Below are positions 19,520-29,140 of a stretch of 64,000 nt of DNA, piece after piece. Under the pieces are notes generated by a model. The model did not search any database, was not told the DNA's origin, and was given only the letters and a program-made list of their open reading frames with translations. Where the stretch lies: NCBI GenBank assembly GCA_050251945.1, contig JBFWLW010000002.1, positions 128,001 through 192,000 of the forward strand. Direction: 5' to 3'. Every line of letters begins with the position of its first letter. The first letter of the stretch is position 1. Origin of the DNA: Deferribacterales bacterium. GTDB taxonomy: Bacteria; Chrysiogenota; Deferribacteres; Deferribacterales; Geovibrionaceae. The position numbers were made by a program, and so were the translations under genes.

Positions 19520-20379
19520 TTGAAATAGATGTTGTAAAACGTATCAAGACCGCCTCGGGCGAGGTCGATATGCATGTCAAAGTGGATATCGAAAAGGGCG
19601 GCTTCTGTTCCCTGTTCGGAAAATCCGGCGCCGGCAAAACAACCATAATGCGCCTTCTGGCAGGGCTTACGGAACCTGACGACGGCGTCATCATAATCGA
19701 CGGCAAAACATGGTACGATAAAAAAAACAAAATAAACGTTCCCGTAAACAGACGAAAATGCGGATTCGTATTTCAGGACTACGCACTCTTCCCAAACATG
19801 ACAGTGCGCAGGAACATAGAATACGCTTCAGTTAATAAATCCAACGTGGATATGCTCATTGATATGGTGGGTATGCAGGAGCTGAAAGACAGAAAACCGG
19901 CAAACCTTTCAGGCGGTCAGCGCCAAAGGGTTGCGCTTGCAAGGGCGCTTGCGGCGGAGCCGGAGATACTGCTTCTGGACGAACCGTTTGCGGCTCTTGA
20001 TGCAGATATGCGCGATACACTGCAAAACGAACTCAAAATTATACATAACAAGCTTGGGGTTACAACCATCCTCGTCAGTCATGACAAAGGCGAGGTATTC
20101 AAACTGGCAAACAAGGTGTATGCCATGGACGACGGCGTGATTACTAAGATAGGCACACCGGAAGAAGTCTTTACTGACAACACTATAAGCGGAAAATTTA
20201 AATTCACCGGAAGGGTTTTGAAAGTTGAAAGAGCGGACTGCCTTTATGTTTTAACGCTGTCGATAGGAACCGAGGTGGGACATGTTGTCGCAACTCATTC
20301 GGAAGCCCACGATCTGTCGGCGGGCGACAGGGTTCTGGTCTACACCAAGGCGTTCAACCCTTCTGTAAAAAAGATATGA
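19516..20379 (+). CDS. modC: Molybdate ABC transporter ATPase
   Basis: GKSGAGKT, LSGGQRQR, LLLDEP, C-terminal TOBE. Confidence 0.93.
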   Translation: MIEIDVVKRIKTASGEVDMHVKVDIEKGGFCSLFGKSGAGKTTIMRLLAGLTEPDDGVIIIDGKTWYDKKNKINVPVNRRKCGFVFQDYALFPNMTVRRNIEYASVNKSNVDMLIDMVGMQELKDRKPANLSGGQRQRVALARALAAEPEILLLDEPFAALDADMRDTLQNELKIIHNKLGVTTILVSHDKGEVFKLANKVYAMDDGVITKIGTPEEVFTDNTISGKFKFTGRVLKVERADCLYVLTLSIGTEVGHVVATHSEAHDLSAGDRVLVYTKAFNPSVKKI

Positions 20380-20402
20380 AAAAGGCACGGTTTCCCGTGC
20401 CT

Positions 20403-20635
20403 CAGACTGATGACAAAGTCAGTAAAATGCGAGATCGCGTTGTCGCTTTATTCGACAAATAGTTTAAAGTGGACTCATTTCAGCAAGCTCGGTACAGAAA
20501 CATTTGCAAAAATAGGCAAATGTTTTCAGCCTTCGGCTAGTGCTCCTCGCGAAGACAAAACAAGCGTCTCTGCGAGGGTTTTAACCCGAAGCAGTCTAAT
20601 GTGTGTCTGTCTAAATTTAGTTTGTCAACAACCTG
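20403..20635. mobile_element. MITE copy 3, flanked by a perfect 20-bp direct repeat of the modC terminator hairpin
   Basis: AGGCACGGTTTCCCGTGCCT at 20383-20402 and 20636-20655; ends CAGACTGATGACAAA / TTTGTCAACAACCTG. Confidence 0.9.
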
Positions 20636-20659
20636 AGGCACGGTTTCCCGTGCCTTTTT
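20636..20659 (+). terminator. Intrinsic terminator of the mod operon
   Basis: AGGCACGG-TTTC-CCGTGCCT followed by a T-run. Confidence 0.8.
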
Positions 20660-20698
20660 AGTTTTTATATTGTGTTGTTATGGATAGACTGTAAATAA

Positions 20699-20818
20699 CC
20701 GCTGCTTAGATGCGAGCAGTACAAGGAAGTTTTTCTGAGGCGAGCAAAAGCATACGTTTGTGTATGTGTTGCGAGTGAGGAAAAACTGACGCCGTAATGC
20801 GAAGCATATAAGTAGCGG
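20699..20818. repeat. ~120 bp long imperfect-palindrome element (family B)
   Basis: Ends CCGCTGCTTAGATGC / GCATATAAGTAGCGG; core shared with 33202-33298. Confidence 0.75.
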
Positions 20819-20824
20819 AGGCGA

Positions 20825-21034
20825 TTAGTCTACGGCAACTATGATGGAAGAAGCCTTAACAATTGCACAAACGCTTTTACCTTTTGCAAGTGCAAGGTTT
20901 TCGCATGACGCTTTTGTAATGACAGATACAATTTCCTGCCCGCCGGGAAGTTCAATAACAACCTCTGCGTTAATAGCTCCTTCTTTGATCTCTTTTACTT
21001 TTCCCTCAAGTACGTTTCTTGCGCTGAATTTCAT
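20825..21034 (-). CDS. mop: Molbindin/Mop (single TOBE) protein
   Basis: MKFSARNVLEG...SVITKAS...IVKASS; AGGAGG RBS. Confidence 0.9.
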   Translation of the reverse strand: MKFSARNVLEGKVKEIKEGAINAEVVIELPGGQEIVSVITKASCENLALAKGKSVCAIVKASSIIVAVD

Positions 21035-21120
21035 AAAGAACCTCCTGAATCGAATTTGATACCAAAATATAACCCCGCAACCATCCATCGTCAACAAAGT
21101 TTTTTCTTGTTTATCAATAG

Positions 21121-21151
21121 AATAACGCAAAAAGCGTTATTCTGATAACGC
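21121..21151. promoter_or_regulatory. Overlapping CGTTAT/ATAACG half-sites upstream of mop (possible ModE site)
   Basis: AATAACGCAAAAAGCGTTATTCTGATAACGC; same half-site as 16993-17018 with different spacing. Confidence 0.4.
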
Positions 21152-21209
21152 TAAAATGCTGGCATCGAAACATAAAACTTTTAATATGAATAATTGAAAA
21201 ATAACGGGT

Positions 21210-21944
21210 CTATTTTAACGGAAAATTGAAATAAGTATCTTTGAACGGTTCGTTTTGCAGTGTGTAGTGCCACCATTCCTTGCTGTAGTTATAAAAACCC
21301 TGTTTTTCCATGGCGTTTTTAAGAACATATCTGTTCCTGCGCTGTTCTGAGTTTATTTTCTGGCTGTCCGTAGCTGACAATGGGCTGAAACAGTCGAAAC
21401 CTGTTCCCATATCAAGAGAATTATCTCCGAAGCGTTTTCCGGCAGGCTCGTCGCAGCGTCTCAGATTTTTGAACGGCACAAAATTCTCTTTCGGTTTGCT
21501 GTTAAGCGGAATAACGGTCAGATCAACGGTGCTCCCTCTGGAATGTCCCGACCTGTGGGCGATGAATCCGCGCACAAAAAGAGTCTCTTTCGGTTCATCC
21601 GGATAAAATTCGGCTTTTGTTTTTGTGTCCTGCAAGTCTTCTGCCCAGCGGGCGAAATGATCCACTGCCGATTGCGGGCGGTAGCAGTCGTACACCTCAA
21701 GGCTCAGACCTTTTGCAACAAGTTCCGCCTGAACTTTTTTAAGCGCTTCCGCTGCCTGTATCGTAAGCACACATTCCGGTTCCTCATATCCGTCGATGTT
21801 TGCACCGACAAAATTGTGGTATCCGAAATATCTGATGTCATGAGCTATATCCGGGGCGACATCCCGCAGATACACAAAACCGTCAGGCAGAGCAAAGCAT
21901 ACGGATGCGGAGAGAATCAGTAGAGCAGAAAGTATCAGTCTCAT
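21210..21944 (-). CDS. D-Ala-D-Ala dipeptidase (M15D, VanX/DdpX family) with signal peptide
   Basis: YDCYRP, SGHSRGSTVDLT, EWWHY. Confidence 0.9.
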   Translation of the reverse strand: MRLILSALLILSASVCFALPDGFVYLRDVAPDIAHDIRYFGYHNFVGANIDGYEEPECVLTIQAAEALKKVQAELVAKGLSLEVYDCYRPQSAVDHFARWAEDLQDTKTKAEFYPDEPKETLFVRGFIAHRSGHSRGSTVDLTVIPLNSKPKENFVPFKNLRRCDEPAGKRFGDNSLDMGTGFDCFSPLSATDSQKINSEQRRNRYVLKNAMEKQGFYNYSKEWWHYTLQNEPFKDTYFNFPLK

Positions 21945-24067
21945 AATGGCCTCAGAAATCCTATACGAATCTTTTTGAGTCCGCCGGCACCTTTAAAAAA
22001 GACGTCGGCATTTGCTGTGTCCCCCGCTCCCGATATGGCGACCACCATTCCTTCACCGAATTTTTCGTGAAAGACCTTGCCGCCGCTTTTGATTCCGTTA
22101 ACCTCTTTCGCCGCCGCAGAGGCTTTGCGTTCATTTTTAATGTAATTCGGAACGGCTTTTTTGGGAGCGGACGCCTTCATTCCAACTATGCCCATCTCGT
22201 CCAGAAAAGTTGAACGGCGCTGGGGCATGCGGTTTCCGTATACCATTCTTGTGGCGGCGTATGTCATATGCAGATTCTGCTTTGCGCGGGTTACGCCCAC
22301 ATAACAGAGCCTGCGCTCCTCCTCAAGCTGTGCCGGATCGTCCAGACTGCCCTGAAGAGGAAAAAGACCGTTCTCCAGTCCGGTCAGAAATACGCTTTCA
22401 AACTCAAGTCCCTTTGCGGAGTGGATGGTCATCAGCTTAACGGCGGGCGCGGTATCAGACTCATCAACGGAGGTCGTGATAGCCGTCGCCGCAAGGAAAT
22501 CGGATATGGTTCCGTCGGTCAGTGCCTGTTCAAACATCACTGCCGCGTTGTAAAGTTCGTTTATGTTTTCTATACGTTTTTCGGCTTCGTGTTCATCTTC
22601 ATATCTTTTAATGAACGCCTCATAGTCGGTCATGGTAATTACCAGCTTAACCATATCGCTGATCTTCGGAGTAACTGAAAGTTCCTCGAAAATCATCAGA
22701 TAAGGTTCCATACCCCTTCTCTGTGCGCCGCGCATCTGCGGCAGAAATCTTTTTGAAGCCTCTATAAGATTTATGCCCTCTTCGGTGGCATAAGCGGTTA
22801 TTCCGTCCACCGCTGTCTCGCCGACCCCTCTGGGCGGCGACTTCAGGCTTCTGGTGAAGGACACCGAATCATAAGGGTTATCGTAAAGCCTCAGATAACT
22901 GAGGATATCTTTAATCTCTTTGCGCTGATAGAAACTTATACCGCCGACTACTTTGTATGACAGGTTTAATCTGTTAAGAAAAACTTCAAAGTTACGGGAC
23001 TGGGCGTTTGTTCTGTAAAGAACTGCTATTTCGTCCGCAGGAACCCCTTTGTCGATATATTCCTGAATGTTGCTTACGACAAATTCCGCTTCAGACGTTT
23101 CGTTTGACACAGGCATAACCTGCACCATGCCGCCTTCTTCCCTGAACGCTTTCAGGTCTTTACCCTTGCGCATACTGTTGTTGCGGATAAGCTCGTTTGC
23201 CGCGGTCAGAATGACGGGGCGGCTTCTGTAGTTCTCCACAAGACGCACTATTTTTGCGGCGGGATAAACTGTGTCGAACTCAAGTATGTTGCGGATATCG
23301 GCACCGCGCCAGCCGTATATGGACTGGTCGTCGTCGCCCACCACGCATATGTTGCCGTCCGCACCGGAAAGGATGTTCAGAAACATGAACTGGATGTCGT
23401 TCGTATCCTGATACTCATCCACAAGAATATATTTAAACATATTCCTGTAATACTGGGCAATGTCCGGATTCTCTCTGAACGTGCGGATGGTAAGAGCCAG
23501 CATGTCGTCGAAATCTATAAAATTCTGTTCTTTAAGTTTCTGCTGATAGACCCTGAACACGTCGTCCATCATATGAAACGGGTCTGTCCCCGGTCTGAGG
23601 TTGTCAACGTAGGCGCGGGTGTTCTTAAAGTTGCTGATGCGCCACATGTACTGTTTCGGCGGATATTTTTTGACGTCGATATTAAAGCCTTTCACTATAT
23701 CGCGGACAACGGAAAGCCTGTCGTCCTGATCCAGAATACCGAATCCGGCGCCAAGACCTATGAGATGTCCGTCCCTGCGCAGAAGGCGCAGACAGATGGA
23801 GTGGAAAGTACCTATCCATATATCGGAATCTCTTCTGTCAACCAGTTTCAGGATACGCTCTTTCATCTCGCCCGCCGCCTTGTTTGTGAAGGTGACGGCA
23901 AGTATGTTCTGGGGAGCGACACCGAGATTATTTATAAGGTGCGCGATGCGGTAGGTAATAACCCTTGTTTTTCCTGTGCCGGCTCCGGCAAGTACCAGTA
24001 AGGGTCCTTCGGTCTGCTCCACCGCCGCATACTGTTCCGTATTAAGTTCTTTTGAATAGTCAGGCAT
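21941..24067 (-). CDS. pcrA: ATP-dependent DNA helicase PcrA/UvrD
   Basis: AGAGTGKT, VDEYQD, ENYRS, MTIHSAKGLEF, EERRLCYV. Confidence 0.95.
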   Translation of the reverse strand: MPDYSKELNTEQYAAVEQTEGPLLVLAGAGTGKTRVITYRIAHLINNLGVAPQNILAVTFTNKAAGEMKERILKLVDRRDSDIWIGTFHSICLRLLRRDGHLIGLGAGFGILDQDDRLSVVRDIVKGFNIDVKKYPPKQYMWRISNFKNTRAYVDNLRPGTDPFHMMDDVFRVYQQKLKEQNFIDFDDMLALTIRTFRENPDIAQYYRNMFKYILVDEYQDTNDIQFMFLNILSGADGNICVVGDDDQSIYGWRGADIRNILEFDTVYPAAKIVRLVENYRSRPVILTAANELIRNNSMRKGKDLKAFREEGGMVQVMPVSNETSEAEFVVSNIQEYIDKGVPADEIAVLYRTNAQSRNFEVFLNRLNLSYKVVGGISFYQRKEIKDILSYLRLYDNPYDSVSFTRSLKSPPRGVGETAVDGITAYATEEGINLIEASKRFLPQMRGAQRRGMEPYLMIFEELSVTPKISDMVKLVITMTDYEAFIKRYEDEHEAEKRIENINELYNAAVMFEQALTDGTISDFLAATAITTSVDESDTAPAVKLMTIHSAKGLEFESVFLTGLENGLFPLQGSLDDPAQLEEERRLCYVGVTRAKQNLHMTYAATRMVYGNRMPQRRSTFLDEMGIVGMKASAPKKAVPNYIKNERKASAAAKEVNGIKSGGKVFHEKFGEGMVVAISGAGDTANADVFFKGAGGLKKIRIGFLRPL

Positions 24068-24090
24068 GTATATCCTCAGAGGATTAATGT

Positions 24091-24161
24091 AAATCCCCCT
24101 TAATCCCCCTTTTTCAAAGGGGGAACACCTCCCTTTATAAAAGGGAGGTCGGGAGGGATTT
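24091..24161. repeat. C-rich/G-rich composite palindrome (REP-like, family D)
   Basis: AAATCCCCC...CCCCCTTTTTCAAAGGGGG...CCTCCCTTTATAAAAGGGAGG...GGGATTT: two inner hairpins within an outer stem. Confidence 0.7.
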
Positions 24162-24178
24162 TATCTGAAATTTGTTAA

Positions 24179-24715
24179 TCAATATCCTTTTGCCCTGAAA
24201 ACGCCGTATGCCGAAAGAGGTATGCTGTGAGCTATCCTTCCGTCAGCTATCATGGCATCCAGTTCCTGTCTTGTCACCTCAACAGGCTCTATGTCCTCGA
24301 AGGGGTCAAGGTTCAGTTCCTTCACCTTTTCGCAGTCACTGGCAACATAAGCATAGCAGAAATTATCCATAAAAGCAGGATTAGGGCGCATCTTTGACAA
24401 AAGCGTCAGACTGCCGGCAAATCCCGTCTCCTCCGTCAGCTCGCGCAGGGCGCCTGTATCGGCATCCTCGCCCGCCTCAAGAGCACCGCCTGGGAATTCG
24501 TATGTAACCTCTCCGGTGGCTATCCGGAACTGCTTAACAAGGATGAACTTCCCCTCTTTTGTAACGGGGATGATAACAGCCCAGTCCTTCATACTGACAA
24601 CTGTGAATGTTCCGGTCTGTCCGTTCTTTGAAAAGTGATAGTCGCGATGCTCTATCTTAAGAACGACGTCTTTGAACATCTCCCGTCTGTCTTTAAGGGT
24701 CCAGTGCCGTTTCAT
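24179..24715 (-). CDS. NUDIX hydrolase (ADP-ribose pyrophosphatase-like)
   Basis: Nudix box GGALEAGEDADTGALRELTEETG. Confidence 0.92.
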   Translation of the reverse strand: MKRHWTLKDRREMFKDVVLKIEHRDYHFSKNGQTGTFTVVSMKDWAVIIPVTKEGKFILVKQFRIATGEVTYEFPGGALEAGEDADTGALRELTEETGFAGSLTLLSKMRPNPAFMDNFCYAYVASDCEKVKELNLDPFEDIEPVEVTRQELDAMIADGRIAHSIPLSAYGVFRAKGY

Positions 24716-24716
24716 A

Positions 24717-25046
24717 TCAGAGGATAAGTCCGCTGTCGGATGAACCGCCGCCGAAACCGCCGAGGTTTCCTGCTATTTTGATGTTTGATTTTGTTTCAAT
24801 GTATTTGTTCGCAAGGTCTGCGGGAGTTTCTTTATATTCGTAGACAACATGGTCAAGCCTGATGCTGCCGCGCACTTCGTCTTCAAAGGGAAAACCGAAA
24901 GGTACGATGGCGATCTGAAGCGAACCCGTGTGCGTGGGCATTGCCTGAACAAGAACGACGTCTTTGCAAACGCCTTCGGCTTCGTCTTTGATACCTATTA
25001 TGGTCTCGCCTGAAACCAGTTTTGCAAACATTATATTTTCAACCAT
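24717..25046 (-). CDS. Hypothetical protein
   Basis: 109-aa ORF with AGGAG RBS, co-oriented with the NUDIX gene. Confidence 0.7.
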   Translation of the reverse strand: MVENIMFAKLVSGETIIGIKDEAEGVCKDVVLVQAMPTHTGSLQIAIVPFGFPFEDEVRGSIRLDHVVYEYKETPADLANKYIETKSNIKIAGNLGGFGGGSSDSGLIL

Positions 25047-25239
25047 TGCTATTCTCCTTTTCTGCCTTTCAAATGGATAAATACTGTATCACATCAAAAA
25101 AAAATATTCAGCATAAAATATCTCAAGACACTGGAAAATATAATAAAAAGCCTTATATTTTATGAAAATGGTTTTCAATAGGCGGACATGGACTTTTTCT
25201 TATTGACAATAGCCTGCTTACACCTTATTAAAGCCTTAG

Positions 25240-25428
<189 letters not shown>

Positions 25429-25455
25429 TTAACGGCAAACTACGAATTTTCATAT

Positions 25456-25484
25456 AGCCCTGTATAACGCAGGGCTTTATTTTA
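25456..25484 (+). terminator. Probable terminator after the ferredoxin gene
   Basis: AGCCCTG-loop-CAGGGCT followed by TTATTTT. Confidence 0.6.
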
Positions 25485-25512
25485 AATATAATTACTACAA
25501 GGTAGCTAGGAT

Positions 25513-26178
25513 ATGGGAATAATAGGAACGGTCAAAGAAGAGATACAAACTGTTTTTGAACGCGACCCCGCGGCAAAGAGCAAGATAGAGATACTGCTCT
25601 GCTACCCCGGGCTTCATGCCATGATATTTTTCAGGGCGGCGCACTGGTTCTGGGTGCGCAAAATGTTTCTCATAGGAAGGATATTATCACACACCGGAAG
25701 ATTTTTCACCGGAATTGAGATACATCCCGGCGCAACCATAGGAAAAAGATTTTTCATAGACCACGGCATGGGCGTTGTGATAGGCGAAACAGCAGAAGTC
25801 GGCAACGACGTAACAATATATCAGGGTGTGACACTCGGCGGGGTCAGCCTTGAAAAAAAGAAACGCCACCCCACCGTCGAAGACAACGTTGTCATAGGTT
25901 CAGGTGCAAAGATTCTCGGTTCGTTCACAGTTCATAAGAACGCGAAGATAGGCTCAAACTCCGTTGTTGTTAAGGAGGTTCCCGAAGACGCGACAGTCGT
26001 CGGCATCCCGGGCAAAATAGTCACCAACGGAAAGGATCATTCCGCAAAGTTCGACCATAACCTTCTGCCTGACCCGGTGGCAAGGACCATAACAGACATG
26101 GCGACAAGAATGTGCCACATGGAATCCGAGATTAACAATCTCAAAAAAAAGCTGGAACTGTATGAAAATAACGACTAA
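25513..26178 (+). CDS. cysE: Serine O-acetyltransferase
   Basis: [27 protein letters not shown]. Confidence 0.95.
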   Translation: MGIIGTVKEEIQTVFERDPAAKSKIEILLCYPGLHAMIFFRAAHWFWVRKMFLIGRILSHTGRFFTGIEIHPGATIGKRFFIDHGMGVVIGETAEVGNDVTIYQGVTLGGVSLEKKKRHPTVEDNVVIGSGAKILGSFTVHKNAKIGSNSVVVKEVPEDATVVGIPGKIVTNGKDHSAKFDHNLLPDPVARTITDMATRMCHMESEINNLKKKLELYENND

Positions 26179-26593
26179 AAGCAGGTATGCCATCCGCTCC
26201 ATATTTGCGCTGGTACTGCTCGGCGGTGACGAAAAACCAGTCACGCTGACACAGATAGCCGAACACGAGGACATCTCGCGCAAATATCTGGAACAGATAT
26301 TCATAAAGCTCAAAAAGAGCGGTATCGTGGAAGGCTCAAGGGGCGCACAGGGAGGATATATCCTCGCGAAACCGGCTAAGATGATCACTCTCAAGGAGGT
26401 CATATACGCCATGGACGGCCCCGTTTCGGTATCCGACTGCACAAACGAAAGCTTATGCTGTAATTTCGACAGCTGCGGCATAAACTGGCTTTGGAGCGGG
26501 CTGAAAAAAACTGTGGACAATTACCTTGAGAATATTACTATATATGACCTAAAGAGACAGGCAATAGGAGGGAATAATGTCAATTTATCTTGA
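26162..26593 (+). CDS. Rrf2 family regulator (IscR/CymR-like)
   Basis: [23 protein letters not shown], Cys cluster. Confidence 0.9.
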   Translation: MKITTKSRYAIRSIFALVLLGGDEKPVTLTQIAEHEDISRKYLEQIFIKLKKSGIVEGSRGAQGGYILAKPAKMITLKEVIYAMDGPVSVSDCTNESLCCNFDSCGINWLWSGLKKTVDNYLENITIYDLKRQAIGGNNVNLS

Positions 26594-27731
26594 CTACAGC
26601 GCAACCACGCCGATAGACCCGCGGGTCTTTGAAGCGATGATCCCATATTTCAAAGAAAAATTCGCCAACCCTTCCAGTATCCATTCGCTCGGACGTGTCG
26701 TCCGCGAGGATGTGGACAAAGCCCGCGCCACAATAGCAAGATCCATCGGCGCGGAACCCCATGAAATAATCTTCACCGCCAGCGGCTCCTCTTCGGACAA
26801 CATGGCGATAAGAAGCATTGCGGAGAAATTCGCAGACAGGGGCAAGCACATTATCACATGCGCGATAGAGCACAAAGCGGTTCTGCAAACCTGCAAATAT
26901 CTGGAGAAACACGGATATGAAGTGACCTATCTTCCTGTGGATAAGGATGGTTTGGTGAGTGTAGAGGATTTTAAAAGCGCCATCAGACGCGACACTATCC
27001 TCGTTTCCATTATGCTTGTGAACAACGAGATAGGCTCCGTTCAGCCCATCCGCGAGATATCCGAAATCGCTAAAAAACACCAGATTTTCGTTCACACCGA
27101 CGCCGTTCAGGCTATGGGCAAGATGAAAATAGACGTCGGCGAGCTCGGAGTTGACCTGCTCACCTTTTCCGGACACAAAATATGCGCGCCTAAAGGCATA
27201 GGCGTTCTTTATGTCGACGAAAACCTGAAAGACGACATGATCCCTCTTGTTTTCGGCGGAAGTCAGGAATTCGGACTGAGAGCAGGCACAGAAAACGTGC
27301 CTAATATCATCGGTCTGGCAAAAGCCTGTGAAATAGTTACTGAGGAACTTGACGAAGAAGTCGCACGCATCAGACATCTGCGCGACCTTTTTGAAAACAG
27401 AATACTCAGCGAGATTCCCCAGACATATGTGAACGGCAGCAGAGAAAAAAGAGTTTGCAGCGTTTCAAACATCGCTTTTAAATTCATTGAGGCGGAAGCG
27501 CTCATGATATACGCAGACGAAATATGCTGTTCCACAGGAAGCGCATGTACGTCTGAAAGCGTGGACGCATCCCACGTTCTTTATGCCATCGGTGTCGACC
27601 CCGTCGACCTCCACGGCTCCATCCGTTTTAGCTTCGGCAGATTCAACACCGAAGAAGAGGTTAACCGTGCGGTGGACATGATAAAGGACAGCGTGGTCAG
27701 ACTGCGCGCCATGTCTCCCCTTGCTCAATAA
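26577..27731 (+). CDS. iscS: Cysteine desulfurase (IscS/NifS)
   Basis: [25 protein letters not shown]. Confidence 0.92.
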   Translation: MSIYLDYSATTPIDPRVFEAMIPYFKEKFANPSSIHSLGRVVREDVDKARATIARSIGAEPHEIIFTASGSSSDNMAIRSIAEKFADRGKHIITCAIEHKAVLQTCKYLEKHGYEVTYLPVDKDGLVSVEDFKSAIRRDTILVSIMLVNNEIGSVQPIREISEIAKKHQIFVHTDAVQAMGKMKIDVGELGVDLLTFSGHKICAPKGIGVLYVDENLKDDMIPLVFGGSQEFGLRAGTENVPNIIGLAKACEIVTEELDEEVARIRHLRDLFENRILSEIPQTYVNGSREKRVCSVSNIAFKFIEAEALMIYADEICCSTGSACTSESVDASHVLYAIGVDPVDLHGSIRFSFGRFNTEEEVNRAVDMIKDSVVRLRAMSPLAQ

Positions 27732-28902
27732 CGATTCAACAGATAAAGCGGCGGCGCGGGACAGATACCTGATACCCGTGCTTGCCGCGTATTATTTCCT
27801 TCACTACAGCACACTGGGGATAATATATCCCTACTTCGGATTCTATTTCAAACAGATGGGTTACACAGGAACGGAAATTGGAATCTTCCTGTCCATTCTT
27901 CCTGTTGTCTCTTTCACCTGCACAAGCCTCTGGGCGGATATCTTTACACGGGTAAAACGGCGCAAGCTCTTCATGGTGACAGGCATTCTCGTTTCCTCCT
28001 TTGCACTGGTACCGATATACTATATACACAGCAAACCTTTGACAGCAGTCCTGCTGGCGGTTTTCGCATTTGCCCGCACAGGGATTCTTCCGGTCATTGA
28101 CAGCTTCGCGTCATCCCTTAACGACCGTATGCCCTACGGCAGGGTACGCATCTTCGGCTCGGCAGGTTTCATACTCACCTCAACGGCAACAGGCTGGTTC
28201 TTCGACAGCTTCGGAGTCAGCTCTTTCATATTGCTTTACACTTTTTTCAGTCTGCTTTCCGCAATCCCGGCTATAATGGCGGATTACGACACCAGCCTTT
28301 TCAAACCGCGGGAAAAGAGTGAAAAACGCCTCAGCAGGGAGTTAAAAATTTTCTTTGCAGGTGTGACCATCTATCTGTCGTCATACGCTTTCTTAAGCAA
28401 TTTTTTCAACATAAAGGTCGCAGAAGCGGGATTCGGACAGACATACGCGGGATACATGTGGACGGTGGGCGTTCTTGCGGAAATGTTTTTCATGTACAAT
28501 CAGGAACGGGTACTGAAAGTTATGCGCGTGGAATACATCATGATAATCTCAATGCTTCTGGGCAGTGTACGCTATTTCGCCACTGCAATGACCGGTTCGC
28601 TTTTTCTTCTGTTCTTTTTCTCCGCTTTCCACGGGTTCGCCTACGGAACTTTCCACATAAGTATAATGAAATTTTTCCGCACAAAACTGCCGGAAGGTCT
28701 CAGGCTTAAAGCGCAGACAATCTACTCAGGCGTGGGCTACGGGCTGGGAACCGTGGCGGGGTCGTTCATCTCCGGCATGGTTTATGACCATATGGGACTG
28801 AAACCTGTTTTCTTCACTGCATTTTTCTTTTGTATAGCCGGTGCATCTGTAATATATTGGTACATGGGCATAGAGGAGAGAAATGGCAGCAAACAAGGTT
28901 GA
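27721..28902 (+). CDS. MFS transporter (MFS_1_like, HcaT-like)
   Basis: Multi-TM; YGRVRIFGSAGF motif. Confidence 0.85.
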   Translation: MLNNDSTDKAAARDRYLIPVLAAYYFLHYSTLGIIYPYFGFYFKQMGYTGTEIGIFLSILPVVSFTCTSLWADIFTRVKRRKLFMVTGILVSSFALVPIYYIHSKPLTAVLLAVFAFARTGILPVIDSFASSLNDRMPYGRVRIFGSAGFILTSTATGWFFDSFGVSSFILLYTFFSLLSAIPAIMADYDTSLFKPREKSEKRLSRELKIFFAGVTIYLSSYAFLSNFFNIKVAEAGFGQTYAGYMWTVGVLAEMFFMYNQERVLKVMRVEYIMIISMLLGSVRYFATAMTGSLFLLFFFSAFHGFAYGTFHISIMKFFRTKLPEGLRLKAQTIYSGVGYGLGTVAGSFISGMVYDHMGLKPVFFTAFFFCIAGASVIYWYMGIEERNGSKQG

Positions 28903-29140
28903 TACGCTCCTTGCGGAGCTTGAAGCACTGGCACAGCAGTTGGACATTCGGCTGCGATACGAATCCACGCGGGCAAAGGGCGGACTCTGTCAGGTTGACG
29001 GGAAATTTCAGTTCATTCTGGACAGAAAGGCGTCGAAGGACTTTCGTCTGCTCATTCTGGCGCGCGCCATAAAAACATTCGACCTTTCAAACATGTACAT
29101 CAGCCCGAAACTGCGGGAGTATCTCGATGAAGAGGTCTGA
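28883..29140 (+). CDS. Conserved hypothetical protein
   Basis: 85-aa ORF with GAGGAG RBS, overlapping both neighbours in the operon; GGLC and YISPKLRE motifs. Confidence 0.7.
   Translation: MAANKVDTLLAELEALAQQLDIRLRYESTRAKGGLCQVDGKFQFILDRKASKDFRLLILARAIKTFDLSNMYISPKLREYLDEEV

Noticed and set aside
21210..21944. VanX-like gene as vancomycin resistance
   Set aside because: No vanH/vanA/vanRS nearby; it has a signal peptide and fits a housekeeping M15 peptidase.
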